Virus record (IMG/VR): IMGVR_UViG_3300048855_000094
Coordinates: 1-56,577 of that record
Direction: 5' to 3' (one strand)
DNA length: 56,577 nucleotides
From: a virus
Lineage: Duplodnaviria; Caudoviricetes
Both the position numbers and the translations under genes were made by a program. The notes under the pieces are model-generated. The model did not search any database and was not told the DNA's origin. It saw only the letters and a list, made by a program, of their open reading frames with translations. The stretch's first letter is position 1. Each line of letters begins with the position of its first letter. Shown piece after piece: positions 26,296 through 35,245 of this stretch.

Positions 26296-27761
26296 TGGCC
26301 AACGACGTCACCTTCACTCGCCCGGAGTACGACGCGGCGAAGAGCCGCTGGCGGCTAGTGCGTGATGTCTGCAAGGGATCGGAAACCATCAAGGCGGCTG
26401 GCGAGGGGTATCTGCCCAAGCCCAATGCCCACGATCTCAGCGACGAGAACAAGGAGCGGTACAAGGGCTACAAGGCGCGCGCGGTGTTCTTCAACGCCAC
26501 CGGCCGCACCAAACACAGCTTGGTCGGCGCGGTGTTCCGCACTTGGCCAACGCTGACGCTGCGGGGTGCGCTCGATTACGTTTCCCGGGATATCGACGGC
26601 CAGGGCGTCAGCATCTACCAGCAGTCCCAGTCGGTGATCGGGCATCTGCTGGAGGTGGGACGCCATGGCCTGTTGGTGGACTACGCCGCTGTCGAGGCTG
26701 GCAGCGTCAGCAGAGCGGATGAAATCGCCGGCCGCGCTCGATCAAGCGTCAGCAGCTACCCGGCCGAGGCCATCCGAAACTGGAAGACCCGTCGAGTGGG
26801 TGGGCAGCATCTGCTGAGTCTTGTCGTGCTGCGCGAGAGCGTAGATGTCGACACCGAGGACGGGTTCGGCAGCGAGCAGGTGACCCAGTATCGCGTGCTC
26901 CGGCTCGACGCCGCGGGCATCTACACTCAGGAGATCTGGCAGCAGGGGAAATCAGCGACCGAGCTGGTCACGCCTCCCTTCGCGCCGCTGAACGGATCAG
27001 GCTTGCCATGGACAGTGATCCCGTTCCAGTTCCTCGGGAGCGAAAACAACGACACCAGCATCGACGATTCGCCGCTGTACGACATGGCCGAGGTCAACAT
27101 CGGCCATTACCGCAACAGCGCCGACTACGAAGACGCGGCGTTCCTGATGGGCCAGCCCCAGGTGTTCATGGCCGGGCTGGACGAGCAGTGGGTCAAGCTG
27201 CTGGAAGAAAAGGGCATCTACTTCGGCTCCCGGGCGATCCTGCCACTGCCGGCGAATGGCTCGGCGGGCATTCTGCAGGCCCAGGCCAACACCATGATCA
27301 AGGAGGCCATGGACGCCAAGGAAGAGCAGCTCGTCGCCCTCGGCGCGCGACTGATCGAGCGTGGCAGCGCGGTGAAGACGGCCACCCAGGCCGACAGCGA
27401 CAGTGCCGCCGAACACAGCGTCCTCTCGCTCGTGGTCAACAACGTCAGTGAGGGTTACACGCAGTGCCTGGCATGGATGGTCGAGTTCACCGGTGCAACC
27501 GGCGGGGCCGAGTACAAGCTGAATCAGGATTTCACGCAGATCAGCCTCGACGCCAACATCATGGCCGGGCTGTTCAACGCCGTGCAGGGCGGCCGCCTGC
27601 CGGTGACTGACTTCTGGCAGTACCTGCGCGATCGCGGGGTCATCAACCCCGAGAAGGATGACGACCAGATCCGCGATGAGCTCCAGACCGATGCCACCGC
27701 TTTGGATCTGGATGACGATACTGGGATGAAAGATGATGGCCGCCAACCAAGCGATCCTTGA
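26295..27761 (+). CDS. Portal protein (DUF4055-like)
   Basis: YLPK...Y..Y..RA.F.N motif, N.GHYRNSADYE; follows terL. Confidence 0.88.
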   Translation: MANDVTFTRPEYDAAKSRWRLVRDVCKGSETIKAAGEGYLPKPNAHDLSDENKERYKGYKARAVFFNATGRTKHSLVGAVFRTWPTLTLRGALDYVSRDIDGQGVSIYQQSQSVIGHLLEVGRHGLLVDYAAVEAGSVSRADEIAGRARSSVSSYPAEAIRNWKTRRVGGQHLLSLVVLRESVDVDTEDGFGSEQVTQYRVLRLDAAGIYTQEIWQQGKSATELVTPPFAPLNGSGLPWTVIPFQFLGSENNDTSIDDSPLYDMAEVNIGHYRNSADYEDAAFLMGQPQVFMAGLDEQWVKLLEEKGIYFGSRAILPLPANGSAGILQAQANTMIKEAMDAKEEQLVALGARLIERGSAVKTATQADSDSAAEHSVLSLVVNNVSEGYTQCLAWMVEFTGATGGAEYKLNQDFTQISLDANIMAGLFNAVQGGRLPVTDFWQYLRDRGVINPEKDDDQIRDELQTDATALDLDDDTGMKDDGRQPSDP

Positions 27762-28821
27762 CGCGACCTTGCGGCATGCGGTCTTCCTGGAACAACTGAA
27801 GTCGGGCGAGGTTGAAAAGTTTGCGCCATTTCTGAAAGAGATCGACCGCAGTCTCCGCGACCGCCTGGGCAAGGCCGATCTCACTGAGTACACGGCAGCA
27901 CGCCTTGAGCGTCTGCTGAAGGAAGTCGACAGCCTGTTGCTCGGCATCTTCGGGCGGTTCAGCGAGCAGCTGCATCTCGACCTGGTGGACATCGCCAACT
28001 ACGAGGCACAGTTTGAAGCGACCAGCCTGACACGGGCTGCGCCGCCCAGCATCACGTTCGATGCGGCGTTGCCCGGCACTGCGGCAATCCGCGCCGCCAT
28101 CCTCACTAACCCGCTGAGCGTACGCGGCGCTGACGGCGGCAAGCTGCTCAGCTCATTTATCGAAGGCTTTACCTCAACGGAACGTCAACGCCTCACAGGT
28201 GCGATCAGGCAGGGCTTCTTCGAAGGCCAGACCAACTTCCAGATCATCAAGAACATCCGCGGGACCAAGGCGCTCAATTACAACGACGGCATCCTGGCCA
28301 CGACTCATCGCAATGCCGGCTCGGTTGTTCGCACGGCGGTCCAGCACGTGGCCACGCAGGCACGGATGGAGACGCTGAAGGCAAACGGCGAGGTGGTGCT
28401 GGCGGTGGAGTGGGTCAGCACGCTGGACTCGAACACCACTGTGCAGTGCAGGACGCTGGATGGTCGACGCTTCAAACTGACCGAAGGGCCACGGCCGCCG
28501 ATTCACATCAACTGCCGTTCGACGGTGGTGGCGATCACCCGATTCAGCGCGCGGTTTTCCAAGGACGGCACGCGGGGCTCGGTCGGGGGCATCGGTGCAG
28601 GGCAGGTCAGGGCTGATCTCAGTTATTACGAATGGTTGGTGCTGCAGCCGGCGGCGTTTCAGGACAGAGCGATCGGGCCGGTGCGCGCGAAGCTGTTGCG
28701 CGATGGAGGGCTCAGTGTCGAGCGGTTCTCCGAGCTGCAGCTGGGCCGAAATTTCGCGCCGTTGGCGCTTCAGCAGATGAAGGCTCTCGAGCCCCTAGCA
28801 TTTAAACGCGCCAGCCTCTGA
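27733..28821 (+). CDS. Minor head protein, SPP1 gp7/MuF-like
   Basis: STLDS.T...C..LDG and PPIHINCRS motifs. Confidence 0.88.
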   Translation: MMAANQAILDATLRHAVFLEQLKSGEVEKFAPFLKEIDRSLRDRLGKADLTEYTAARLERLLKEVDSLLLGIFGRFSEQLHLDLVDIANYEAQFEATSLTRAAPPSITFDAALPGTAAIRAAILTNPLSVRGADGGKLLSSFIEGFTSTERQRLTGAIRQGFFEGQTNFQIIKNIRGTKALNYNDGILATTHRNAGSVVRTAVQHVATQARMETLKANGEVVLAVEWVSTLDSNTTVQCRTLDGRRFKLTEGPRPPIHINCRSTVVAITRFSARFSKDGTRGSVGGIGAGQVRADLSYYEWLVLQPAAFQDRAIGPVRAKLLRDGGLSVERFSELQLGRNFAPLALQQMKALEPLAFKRASL

Positions 28822-28823
28822 TT

Positions 28824-29366
28824 TCAGGATTCTGAGCATTGTTTACGCTCGTCCTGGAACGACTGCATGTGTTCGATATAACTCTTATTCCATCCGCTGA
28901 ACGACCCGCGCGCGGCGTCGATGGCTTTTTCCTTTTGCTCATCGGTATGAGCAATAAGACCAGCGTAAACAGTCGCTGCGATTCTCAGTGCCACGACATT
29001 GAGATCAGCAGGTGCATAGGCAGTGAGCGCAAAGGCTGATCGAATGACCTGCTTGGCCGGCTCTCTCGGGATTTCGTCAGCAGACCCGGACGATCCAAAA
29101 GATCCCAGAAAGATGCCCATATCACCGAGCAAATCCTCCGCCTTCTTGCGCGTGATCATCTCTCTTTCGTCCACGCGCTTTACGCAGCTTTCGACTCGGC
29201 TGAGTTTTGCTGATGAAACGAGGGCGTATGCACCAAATGCCGCACCGGCCAATGTTGCGAGAGCGGCAATGGCAGCCACGAGCAAGTTGTTCGAGGCTGG
29301 TGCGGGGTTTCTGTTGTAGTCAGCCGTATCTCTATTTGTATCTTTCATGCGGACCGGAACGCGCAT
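28824..29366 (-). CDS. Single-TM helical moron protein
   Basis: Hydrophobic LLVAAIAALATLAGAAFGAYALV, two Cys; antisense insertion in the head operon. Confidence 0.7.
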   Translation of the reverse strand: MRVPVRMKDTNRDTADYNRNPAPASNNLLVAAIAALATLAGAAFGAYALVSSAKLSRVESCVKRVDEREMITRKKAEDLLGDMGIFLGSFGSSGSADEIPREPAKQVIRSAFALTAYAPADLNVVALRIAATVYAGLIAHTDEQKEKAIDAARGSFSGWNKSYIEHMQSFQDERKQCSES

Positions 29367-29459
29367 TCCGCAACCTCTTTTAATGATTCGGGTTGACGAC
29401 TTTACCCGGATTTCTACTTAGCAGGCAGGGCCTGCGCCATCGTCTCTGGGAGACACCCA

Positions 29460-30176
29460 ATGTTGAAATTCCAACTCGACACCCTCGATGGCGTCGACGG
29501 ATCCGTGCGCCCGCTCTACACCGAAAAAGACGGCAAATTCGTGCTGGCGGTCGATGGCTTGCCACAACCGGAAGACGTGACCGGCCTGAAAGCCAAGGTC
29601 GATGAGTTGCTGGGCGAGAAAAAAACCGCTGAGAAGGCGCGCAAGGACGCCGAAGAAACCGCCCGGTTAGAGCGCGAGGAAGCTGCTCGCAAATCCGGCA
29701 ACGTCGAAGAACTTGAAAAGTCCTGGTCGGAAAAGTACGACCGTCTTCAAGCCGAGCTCGGCGGCCAGCTGGAGCAGGAACGGACTGGGTTGCACGGCCA
29801 GATCAGGGATCTGACCGTGGGACGCACGGCGACCGACATCGCTGCAACACTGGCCATCCCCGGCAGTGCGGAAGCGCTGTTGCCTCACATCGAACGCCGC
29901 CTGAGCGTCGAGCAGCGTGAAGGTAAGCCTGTCGTCGTTGTTCTCGACAAGCAGGGCAAGCTCTCCGCCTCCACCCTGGACGAGCTGAAAGCGGAGCTCG
30001 CCAATAACCCTGCGTTTGCGCCACTGATCGCAGGTAGTAAGGCATCGGGCGGTGGGGCCGCCGGTGCAAAAGTTGTCGGCGGGGCCGCGCTCAAACGTTC
30101 CGAAATGTCCTCCGTCGCCAAGCGTGAATACATCACCGCGCACGGGCAGGACGCCTACCTCAAATTGCCCAAATAG
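29460..30176 (+). CDS. Capsid scaffolding protein
   Basis: Charged coiled coil; directly upstream of the major capsid gene. Confidence 0.78.
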   Translation: MLKFQLDTLDGVDGSVRPLYTEKDGKFVLAVDGLPQPEDVTGLKAKVDELLGEKKTAEKARKDAEETARLEREEAARKSGNVEELEKSWSEKYDRLQAELGGQLEQERTGLHGQIRDLTVGRTATDIAATLAIPGSAEALLPHIERRLSVEQREGKPVVVVLDKQGKLSASTLDELKAELANNPAFAPLIAGSKASGGGAAGAKVVGGAALKRSEMSSVAKREYITAHGQDAYLKLPK

Positions 30177-30186
30177 GGAGTAACCC

Positions 30187-31152
30187 ATGGCGACCACCGT
30201 CAACACGGACATGATCGTTTACAACGACCTTGCTCAAACCGCGTACCTGGAGCGCATTCAGGATGTCATCGATGTGTTCAACGCATCTTCCAACGGAGCG
30301 CTGGTGCTCGACAATGAGCTGATCGAGGGCGATCTGCGCAAGCGCGCGTTCTACAAACTCGGCGGGGCCATCGCGCACCGTGATGTGAACTCGACTGCGG
30401 CGGTCGCCGGCCAGAAGATTGGTTCCGGCGAAGTCGTCGGCGTGAAAGTCCCGTTCAAATACGGCCCGTACGAAACGACCGAGGAGGCGTTCAAGCGCCG
30501 GGCACGTTCGCCGGAAGAGTTCTCGGAGCTGGTCGGCCAGGATTACGCCGACGCGGTGCTGGAAGGCTACATCCAGTACGCCATGGCCGCGCTGAAGGCC
30601 GCCATCGGCGCAAACCCCAACATGGTCGCCTCGGCCAGCTTCGCAACGGACGGCAAGAAAGCGCTCACCAAGGGCATGCGTAAATTCGGTGACCGCTTCG
30701 GCCGCATCGCTCTGTGGACGATGGACTCGGCGACGTACTTCGACATGGTCGACCAGGCCATCACCGAGAAGGTGTACGAAGAGGCCGGCGTCGTCATCTA
30801 CGGCGGCCAGCCCGGGACCATGGGCAAGCCGGTTCTGGTGTCCGACACCATCCCGGCCGAAACCATCTTCGGCTTGCAGGCCGGAGCGATCAAGATCACC
30901 GAGTCTCAGGCGCCCGGCTTCCGCTCGTACAACATCGACAATCAGGAAAACCTGGCGATGGGCTTCCGCGCTGAAGGCACCTTCAACCTCGATCTGTTGG
31001 GCTATAGCTGGAAAGACTCCACCGGTGGGGTGAACCCAAACCTGGCATCTGTCGGCAGCGGTGCCAACTGGAGCAAGTACGCGACCAGCGACAAAGTCAC
31101 GGCCGGTGTTCTCATCGATCTGTCCGTCCCGGAAGCCGGCGGAGGCGAATAA
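30187..31152 (+). CDS. Major capsid protein
   Basis: 321 aa; strong RBS; strongly biased codons; G.PVLVSD motif; position. Confidence 0.88.
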   Translation: MATTVNTDMIVYNDLAQTAYLERIQDVIDVFNASSNGALVLDNELIEGDLRKRAFYKLGGAIAHRDVNSTAAVAGQKIGSGEVVGVKVPFKYGPYETTEEAFKRRARSPEEFSELVGQDYADAVLEGYIQYAMAALKAAIGANPNMVASASFATDGKKALTKGMRKFGDRFGRIALWTMDSATYFDMVDQAITEKVYEEAGVVIYGGQPGTMGKPVLVSDTIPAETIFGLQAGAIKITESQAPGFRSYNIDNQENLAMGFRAEGTFNLDLLGYSWKDSTGGVNPNLASVGSGANWSKYATSDKVTAGVLIDLSVPEAGGGE

Positions 31153-31194
31153 GCCATCAACCCGCGGCTTTCACGAGCCGCATTGGAGCGCGTC

Positions 31195-31545
31195 ATGGAA
31201 CTCGTTTACACCTCTCAAAAATTAAACTTCGACCCCGCCAAGCGCTACCGCAATCCTGAATACTTCGAGCGGCCGGAAGCCGGTGTCGCGAAGGTGACGC
31301 TCATCGGCGACTGGCCTGCGGTGGCAGAAGCGTACAAAGCCGCGAATGTCGAGGTCGCCATCGTGAAAACGGCGACGCCGAAAAAGGCCGCGGGGAATAA
31401 GCCAGCCGTTAAACGCATCTTCACGGTCGCGGAGATAGCAGACGGCAAGTGGGCGCTGAACGCCGACGGCAAGGTGCTCGGCGACCCGTTTGATTCGCAG
31501 GACCTGGCTGAAGCAGAAGCAAAACGACTGGCTGAGGCGGAATGA
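31195..31545 (+). CDS. Head-associated hypothetical protein
   Basis: Follows the capsid gene; GGAG RBS. Confidence 0.65.
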   Translation: MELVYTSQKLNFDPAKRYRNPEYFERPEAGVAKVTLIGDWPAVAEAYKAANVEVAIVKTATPKKAAGNKPAVKRIFTVAEIADGKWALNADGKVLGDPFDSQDLAEAEAKRLAEAE

Positions 31546-31548
31546 TAC

Positions 31549-32049
31549 ATGCTCATCATTGAAGACGGCGCCGGTGTGCCGGACGCGGAGAGCTTTGCCT
31601 CGGCCGCAGAACTGGTTGTTTACGGTGGGAAGTATGGCGTAACGCTGCCCATGGAGGAGGCCGCGCAGGAGGCGCTTTTGCGTCGGGCCGCTTTGGTGAT
31701 GGAGGGCCTGAGCTGGAAGGGCAGGAAGGCGTCAGGGGATCAGGCTCTGGCCTGGCCTCGGCGCGGTGTCGAGCTGGATTGTGAGATCAAACCCGACAAC
31801 CTCATCCCAGCCCGGATTAAGTTCGGCCAAATGGCACTTGCTGCAGAGATCCACGCGGAGGATATCGACCCGATCGACCAGCGCAAAGGCGCGGTGACTA
31901 AGGAGAAGGTGGATGGCGCTGTCGAGCGTGAGTACGCGACTATTGGCATTACCAGCCGCCGACTGGTGCCAGCGGCAGCCGAGCGACCGAGTGCTACGCA
32001 GTTCGCGACCTACTTAAACGGACGAAGGCTGTTCGTAGTCAGGGCTTAA
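31549..32049 (+). CDS. Head-tail adaptor (DnaT-like annotation family)
   Basis: MLIIEDG.G..DA.S, QALAWPR and IP..IK..Q..LA motifs. Confidence 0.8.
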   Translation: MLIIEDGAGVPDAESFASAAELVVYGGKYGVTLPMEEAAQEALLRRAALVMEGLSWKGRKASGDQALAWPRRGVELDCEIKPDNLIPARIKFGQMALAAEIHAEDIDPIDQRKGAVTKEKVDGAVEREYATIGITSRRLVPAAAERPSATQFATYLNGRRLFVVRA

Positions 32050-32360
32050 TCGTTGAAGTCGTGAACCAGCAGCTGATGGTGGAATAACTTCAGCAAGCTC
32101 TCATCGCCTTTAGCGATGGCGCCTGCCAGTGCATGCATTCTGAGAACGGAAATTTCGCTGAATGTCTCGCATAACGGGACGATATCGTTTTTCAGCTTTT
32201 CAGTGATTCTGCTGGCTACAGTTCCCGCGAGGGCCAGAGCAATAGCGTCCCTGGCCGCGAACTTCAGCAACAGCTTGTTCGCGCTGTTGCTCAACGTTGC
32301 GTCATAGAGATCGCCTGCTGCGCGCACAAGATGCTGGCGCTTTTCATCATTGGTCATCAT
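32046..32360 (-). CDS. Helical hypothetical moron protein
   Basis: GGAGGG RBS; fills the gap between two neck genes on the opposite strand. Confidence 0.6.
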   Translation of the reverse strand: MMTNDEKRQHLVRAAGDLYDATLSNSANKLLLKFAARDAIALALAGTVASRITEKLKNDIVPLCETFSEISVLRMHALAGAIAKGDESLLKLFHHQLLVHDFND

Positions 32361-32379
32361 CCCTCCAGCGGTTAGGCAT

Positions 32380-32748
32380 ATGAGCTTCTACGACGAGATG
32401 GCCGTAATGGCTTTAGATTTGATCACAGTTTTCGGTCAGCCAGTCACCCTTCGCGACACCATCAAAGGCGAGTACGACCCGGCCACCGGGAGCACCGGAC
32501 CAGACACGATCGTCGAGCGCGCCGCCCACGGCATCCTACTCGATTTCACCGGTCAGGAATTCCAGACCAACAACCTGATCACCGCCGGCGACAAAAAGCT
32601 GAAGATCGCCGCGAGCGGGCTCAATGCGCCGCCAACGCTTCTCAGCAAAGCGGTCATCCAGGGCAAGACCTGGTCGATCATCCCCCCGCTGAAGGAGATC
32701 AACCCGGCGGGCACGCCCCTGTTGTACGAACTGCAGGTGCGCTCGTGA
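32380..32748 (+). CDS. Head closure / neck protein
   Basis: FGQPVTL...YDPATG and P.GTPLLYELQVR. Confidence 0.78.
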   Translation: MSFYDEMAVMALDLITVFGQPVTLRDTIKGEYDPATGSTGPDTIVERAAHGILLDFTGQEFQTNNLITAGDKKLKIAASGLNAPPTLLSKAVIQGKTWSIIPPLKEINPAGTPLLYELQVRS

Positions 32749-33401
32749 GCCGCGCGGGTACCGGGCGCTCCGGCAGCTTTGCCTTGAGCCTCGCCCGGTT
32801 CGCCGAGCAGGCCAATGAAGCCATCAACGCCAGCTTGCGCGAGATCATCATAGAAGTGGGCAACAGCGTGATCCGCATGTCGCCGGTCGGCAATCCGGAG
32901 ATCTGGGCCGCGAACGTCGCGCACCGCGAACAAAACACGCGCGCCGCCGATGACTACGACTTCAAAGTGGCGGTGCGCAACACCGTCATCAATCTGGACG
33001 ACAGCAACTTCACCAGGTCCGGCAAGCTCCGAAAAGGCGTCAAGTACGCCAAGCCACTCACCAAGGCGGAGAGGGTACAAAACTTCAACGTGAACGGTTT
33101 GGTCTCCGGCCGGGGCTACGTGGGCGGCCGCTTTCGTGGCAACTGGATGTTCAGCATCGGCAGCTCGGACAACACCACGACAGATCAGGTCGATCCGACC
33201 GGGCGTAACGCTTCGGCGCGCATCATGAACGGGGCGCTCGAGTTCAAGGCGGGGGAGACGGCCTACATCACCAACTCACTGCCCTATGCCATCCCTCTGG
33301 AATACGGCCACTCAACCCAGGCGCCCGGCGGCATGGTGCGCATCACCGTCGCGCGCTTTCGGCAGATCGTGCTGGAGGCCATCAGGAACAATCAGCTATG
33401 A
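32745..33401 (+). CDS. Tail completion protein, HK97 gp10-like
   Basis: SPVG, GRFRGNW and N.LPYA..LEYGHS.QAP.GMV. Confidence 0.8.
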   Translation: MSRAGTGRSGSFALSLARFAEQANEAINASLREIIIEVGNSVIRMSPVGNPEIWAANVAHREQNTRAADDYDFKVAVRNTVINLDDSNFTRSGKLRKGVKYAKPLTKAERVQNFNVNGLVSGRGYVGGRFRGNWMFSIGSSDNTTTDQVDPTGRNASARIMNGALEFKAGETAYITNSLPYAIPLEYGHSTQAPGGMVRITVARFRQIVLEAIRNNQL

Positions 33402-33808
33402 GCCACAAAATCATTCGCTCGCTGTTCGAGCAACGCCTCACTGCGTGGGCCGCGGCGCGCAAGCTGCGCATCGCCTATCAGGGCGTCACCTTCAATCCGC
33501 GCCCAGATGAAACCTACCTCGCGGCCTTCACGCTGCCTGCCGGCACGAGCGCCAACACGCTGGCTGGCGACCACAGCGTCTATACCGGCGTGTTTCAAGT
33601 CAACATCATCACGCCCGCCGGCAACGGCGCCGGCGATGCGGAAGGGCTGGCGGACGAGCTCGCCGATCTGTTTCCCGTGTACCTGCGGCTGAGTCAGGCC
33701 GACTTCAGAGTCATGGTGCTGACCCCCGTCGAGCCGGGGCCTGCCGTCCAGGCTGAAAACACGCTCTCCGTTTACGCGTCGTTCCAATACCGCGCCGACG
33801 CCGACTAA
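33398..33808 (+). CDS. Tail terminator (DUF4128-like)
   Basis: YTGVFQVNI..P.G.G motif; position. Confidence 0.78.
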   Translation: MSHKIIRSLFEQRLTAWAAARKLRIAYQGVTFNPRPDETYLAAFTLPAGTSANTLAGDHSVYTGVFQVNIITPAGNGAGDAEGLADELADLFPVYLRLSQADFRVMVLTPVEPGPAVQAENTLSVYASFQYRADAD

Positions 33809-33877
33809 TCGCCCATGGGGCAACTCTCAACCTCGCCGCGTGCGGGGTTTTTCATTTCTGCACCAGGACAACAGCCA

Positions 33878-34528
33878 ATGAGCGCGATTCTTCCCAACGG
33901 CGCGATCTTCGAGATTGCGGCCACAAACAGCCCGCCGACAGACTTCACTGCGATCACCAACGCCAAGCCGCCTGAGGTCACTGCGCCCGGCCACGGATTC
34001 ACCGACGGCGACGTGCTGGTTGTGACGTCCGGCTGGACCCGTCTCAACGACAAGGTCGTGCGGGTGGCAGCCTCCACCGATGACACCTTCAGCCTGGAGG
34101 GAATCGACACCACGAAAACCACCGTTTACACCGCCGGGTCGGGCATCGGTGCGGTTCGCGCGGCCACCGGTTGGGCGCAGATCAGCCAGGTCACCGACAA
34201 CAACAGTTCGGGCGGCGAACAGCAGTTCGCGACGTTCGGTTTTCTGGAGGAGTCGGACGATCGTCAACTGCCAACCACCAAGAACCCCATCACCCTGACC
34301 CTTACCGTCGCCGATGACGACAGTCTGCCGTACGTGGCACCTGTGGAAGCGGCGGATGACGATCGAGAGCCGCGAGTGCTGCGCCTGACCCTGCCAAACG
34401 GCGCAACCATCTACTACAACGCCTACGTGTCGATCACACCGACCCCGACGCTCACCCGCAACAACGTCATGGCCCGCGTCATCACCCTATCGTTGGCGTC
34501 CCGCCCGACGCGTTACAAGGGGGCTTGA
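33878..34528 (+). CDS. Major tail tube protein
   Basis: LPNG, ITNA.P, SGW..L and GGEQQF motifs. Confidence 0.85.
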   Translation: MSAILPNGAIFEIAATNSPPTDFTAITNAKPPEVTAPGHGFTDGDVLVVTSGWTRLNDKVVRVAASTDDTFSLEGIDTTKTTVYTAGSGIGAVRAATGWAQISQVTDNNSSGGEQQFATFGFLEESDDRQLPTTKNPITLTLTVADDDSLPYVAPVEAADDDREPRVLRLTLPNGATIYYNAYVSITPTPTLTRNNVMARVITLSLASRPTRYKGA

Positions 34529-34531
34529 GTC

Positions 34532-34924
34532 ATGGCGACCAGGTTCAAGATTGCCCAGGCCGCGACGTTCAAAGCGGACGTCGAAATCCCCCGCGTCGGT
34601 GGCACCACGATTAAGGTGTCGTTCGAGTTCAGATACCGCGACCGCAAAGCGCTGGCGAAGCTGTTCGCTGGCTGGCAGCAGGCTGCAGAGCATGATCAAG
34701 AGCGCTTCAAGCAGAAGGGCGACGAGGTCACGTTGATCGACATCACCGACGCTCACATCGAGCGACAGATCGAGCAGGTCAGCGAGTTGGTCGTGGGCTG
34801 GGGCTTCGACGACGCGTTCACGCCTGACGCGGTTCGTGCGTTGGTGGAAACCTCCGCCGGCGCCGGCGATGCCATCGTCACGGCTTACCAAAATGCTTTC
34901 GCGGTAGCCCGCCTGGGAAACTGA
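34532..34924 (+). CDS. Tail assembly chaperone (gpG-like)
   Basis: TFKADVEIP; ends in the slippery sequence GGGAAAC. Confidence 0.85.
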   Translation: MATRFKIAQAATFKADVEIPRVGGTTIKVSFEFRYRDRKALAKLFAGWQQAAEHDQERFKQKGDEVTLIDITDAHIERQIEQVSELVVGWGFDDAFTPDAVRALVETSAGAGDAIVTAYQNAFAVARLGN

Positions 34925-35235
34925 GAACGGTCGCGCGCCTGATGTACGAGGCCGGGCCGTCCGACGCCGACCTCGCGGCTTTCGGGCTGACGCGCGCCGA
35001 TGTTCCGGATGAAGAATTCGGGGTTTTTTCCGATGCCTGGCCGGCCTTCGTGACGTTCAACGCCTTGTCCACACAGTGGCGCACCGGCTTCGGGGGCGCC
35101 GTTGGCCTGGACTACGGCGTCATCGGCGACGTGGCCGCTTTCCTCGGCTTCACCAAAAAACAGACTGCCAGACTTTTTCCGGACCTTCGGGTGATGGAGG
35201 CCGAGGCGTTGCTCGTCATGAGCGAATTGAAATAG
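34915..35235 (+). CDS. Tail assembly chaperone gpT-like part (DUF1799-like), reached by -1 frameshift
   Basis: TQWR.G..G.VGLDY motif; the -1 frame is open from the slippery site through ATG 34942. Confidence 0.8.
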   Translation, partial: GKLRTVARLMYEAGPSDADLAAFGLTRADVPDEEFGVFSDAWPAFVTFNALSTQWRTGFGGAVGLDYGVIGDVAAFLGFTKKQTARLFPDLRVMEAEALLVMSELK

Positions 35236-35245
35236 CGGAGCACGC

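Noticed and set aside
26997-27998. 333-aa minus-strand ORF
   Set aside because: Shadow of the portal and MuF genes
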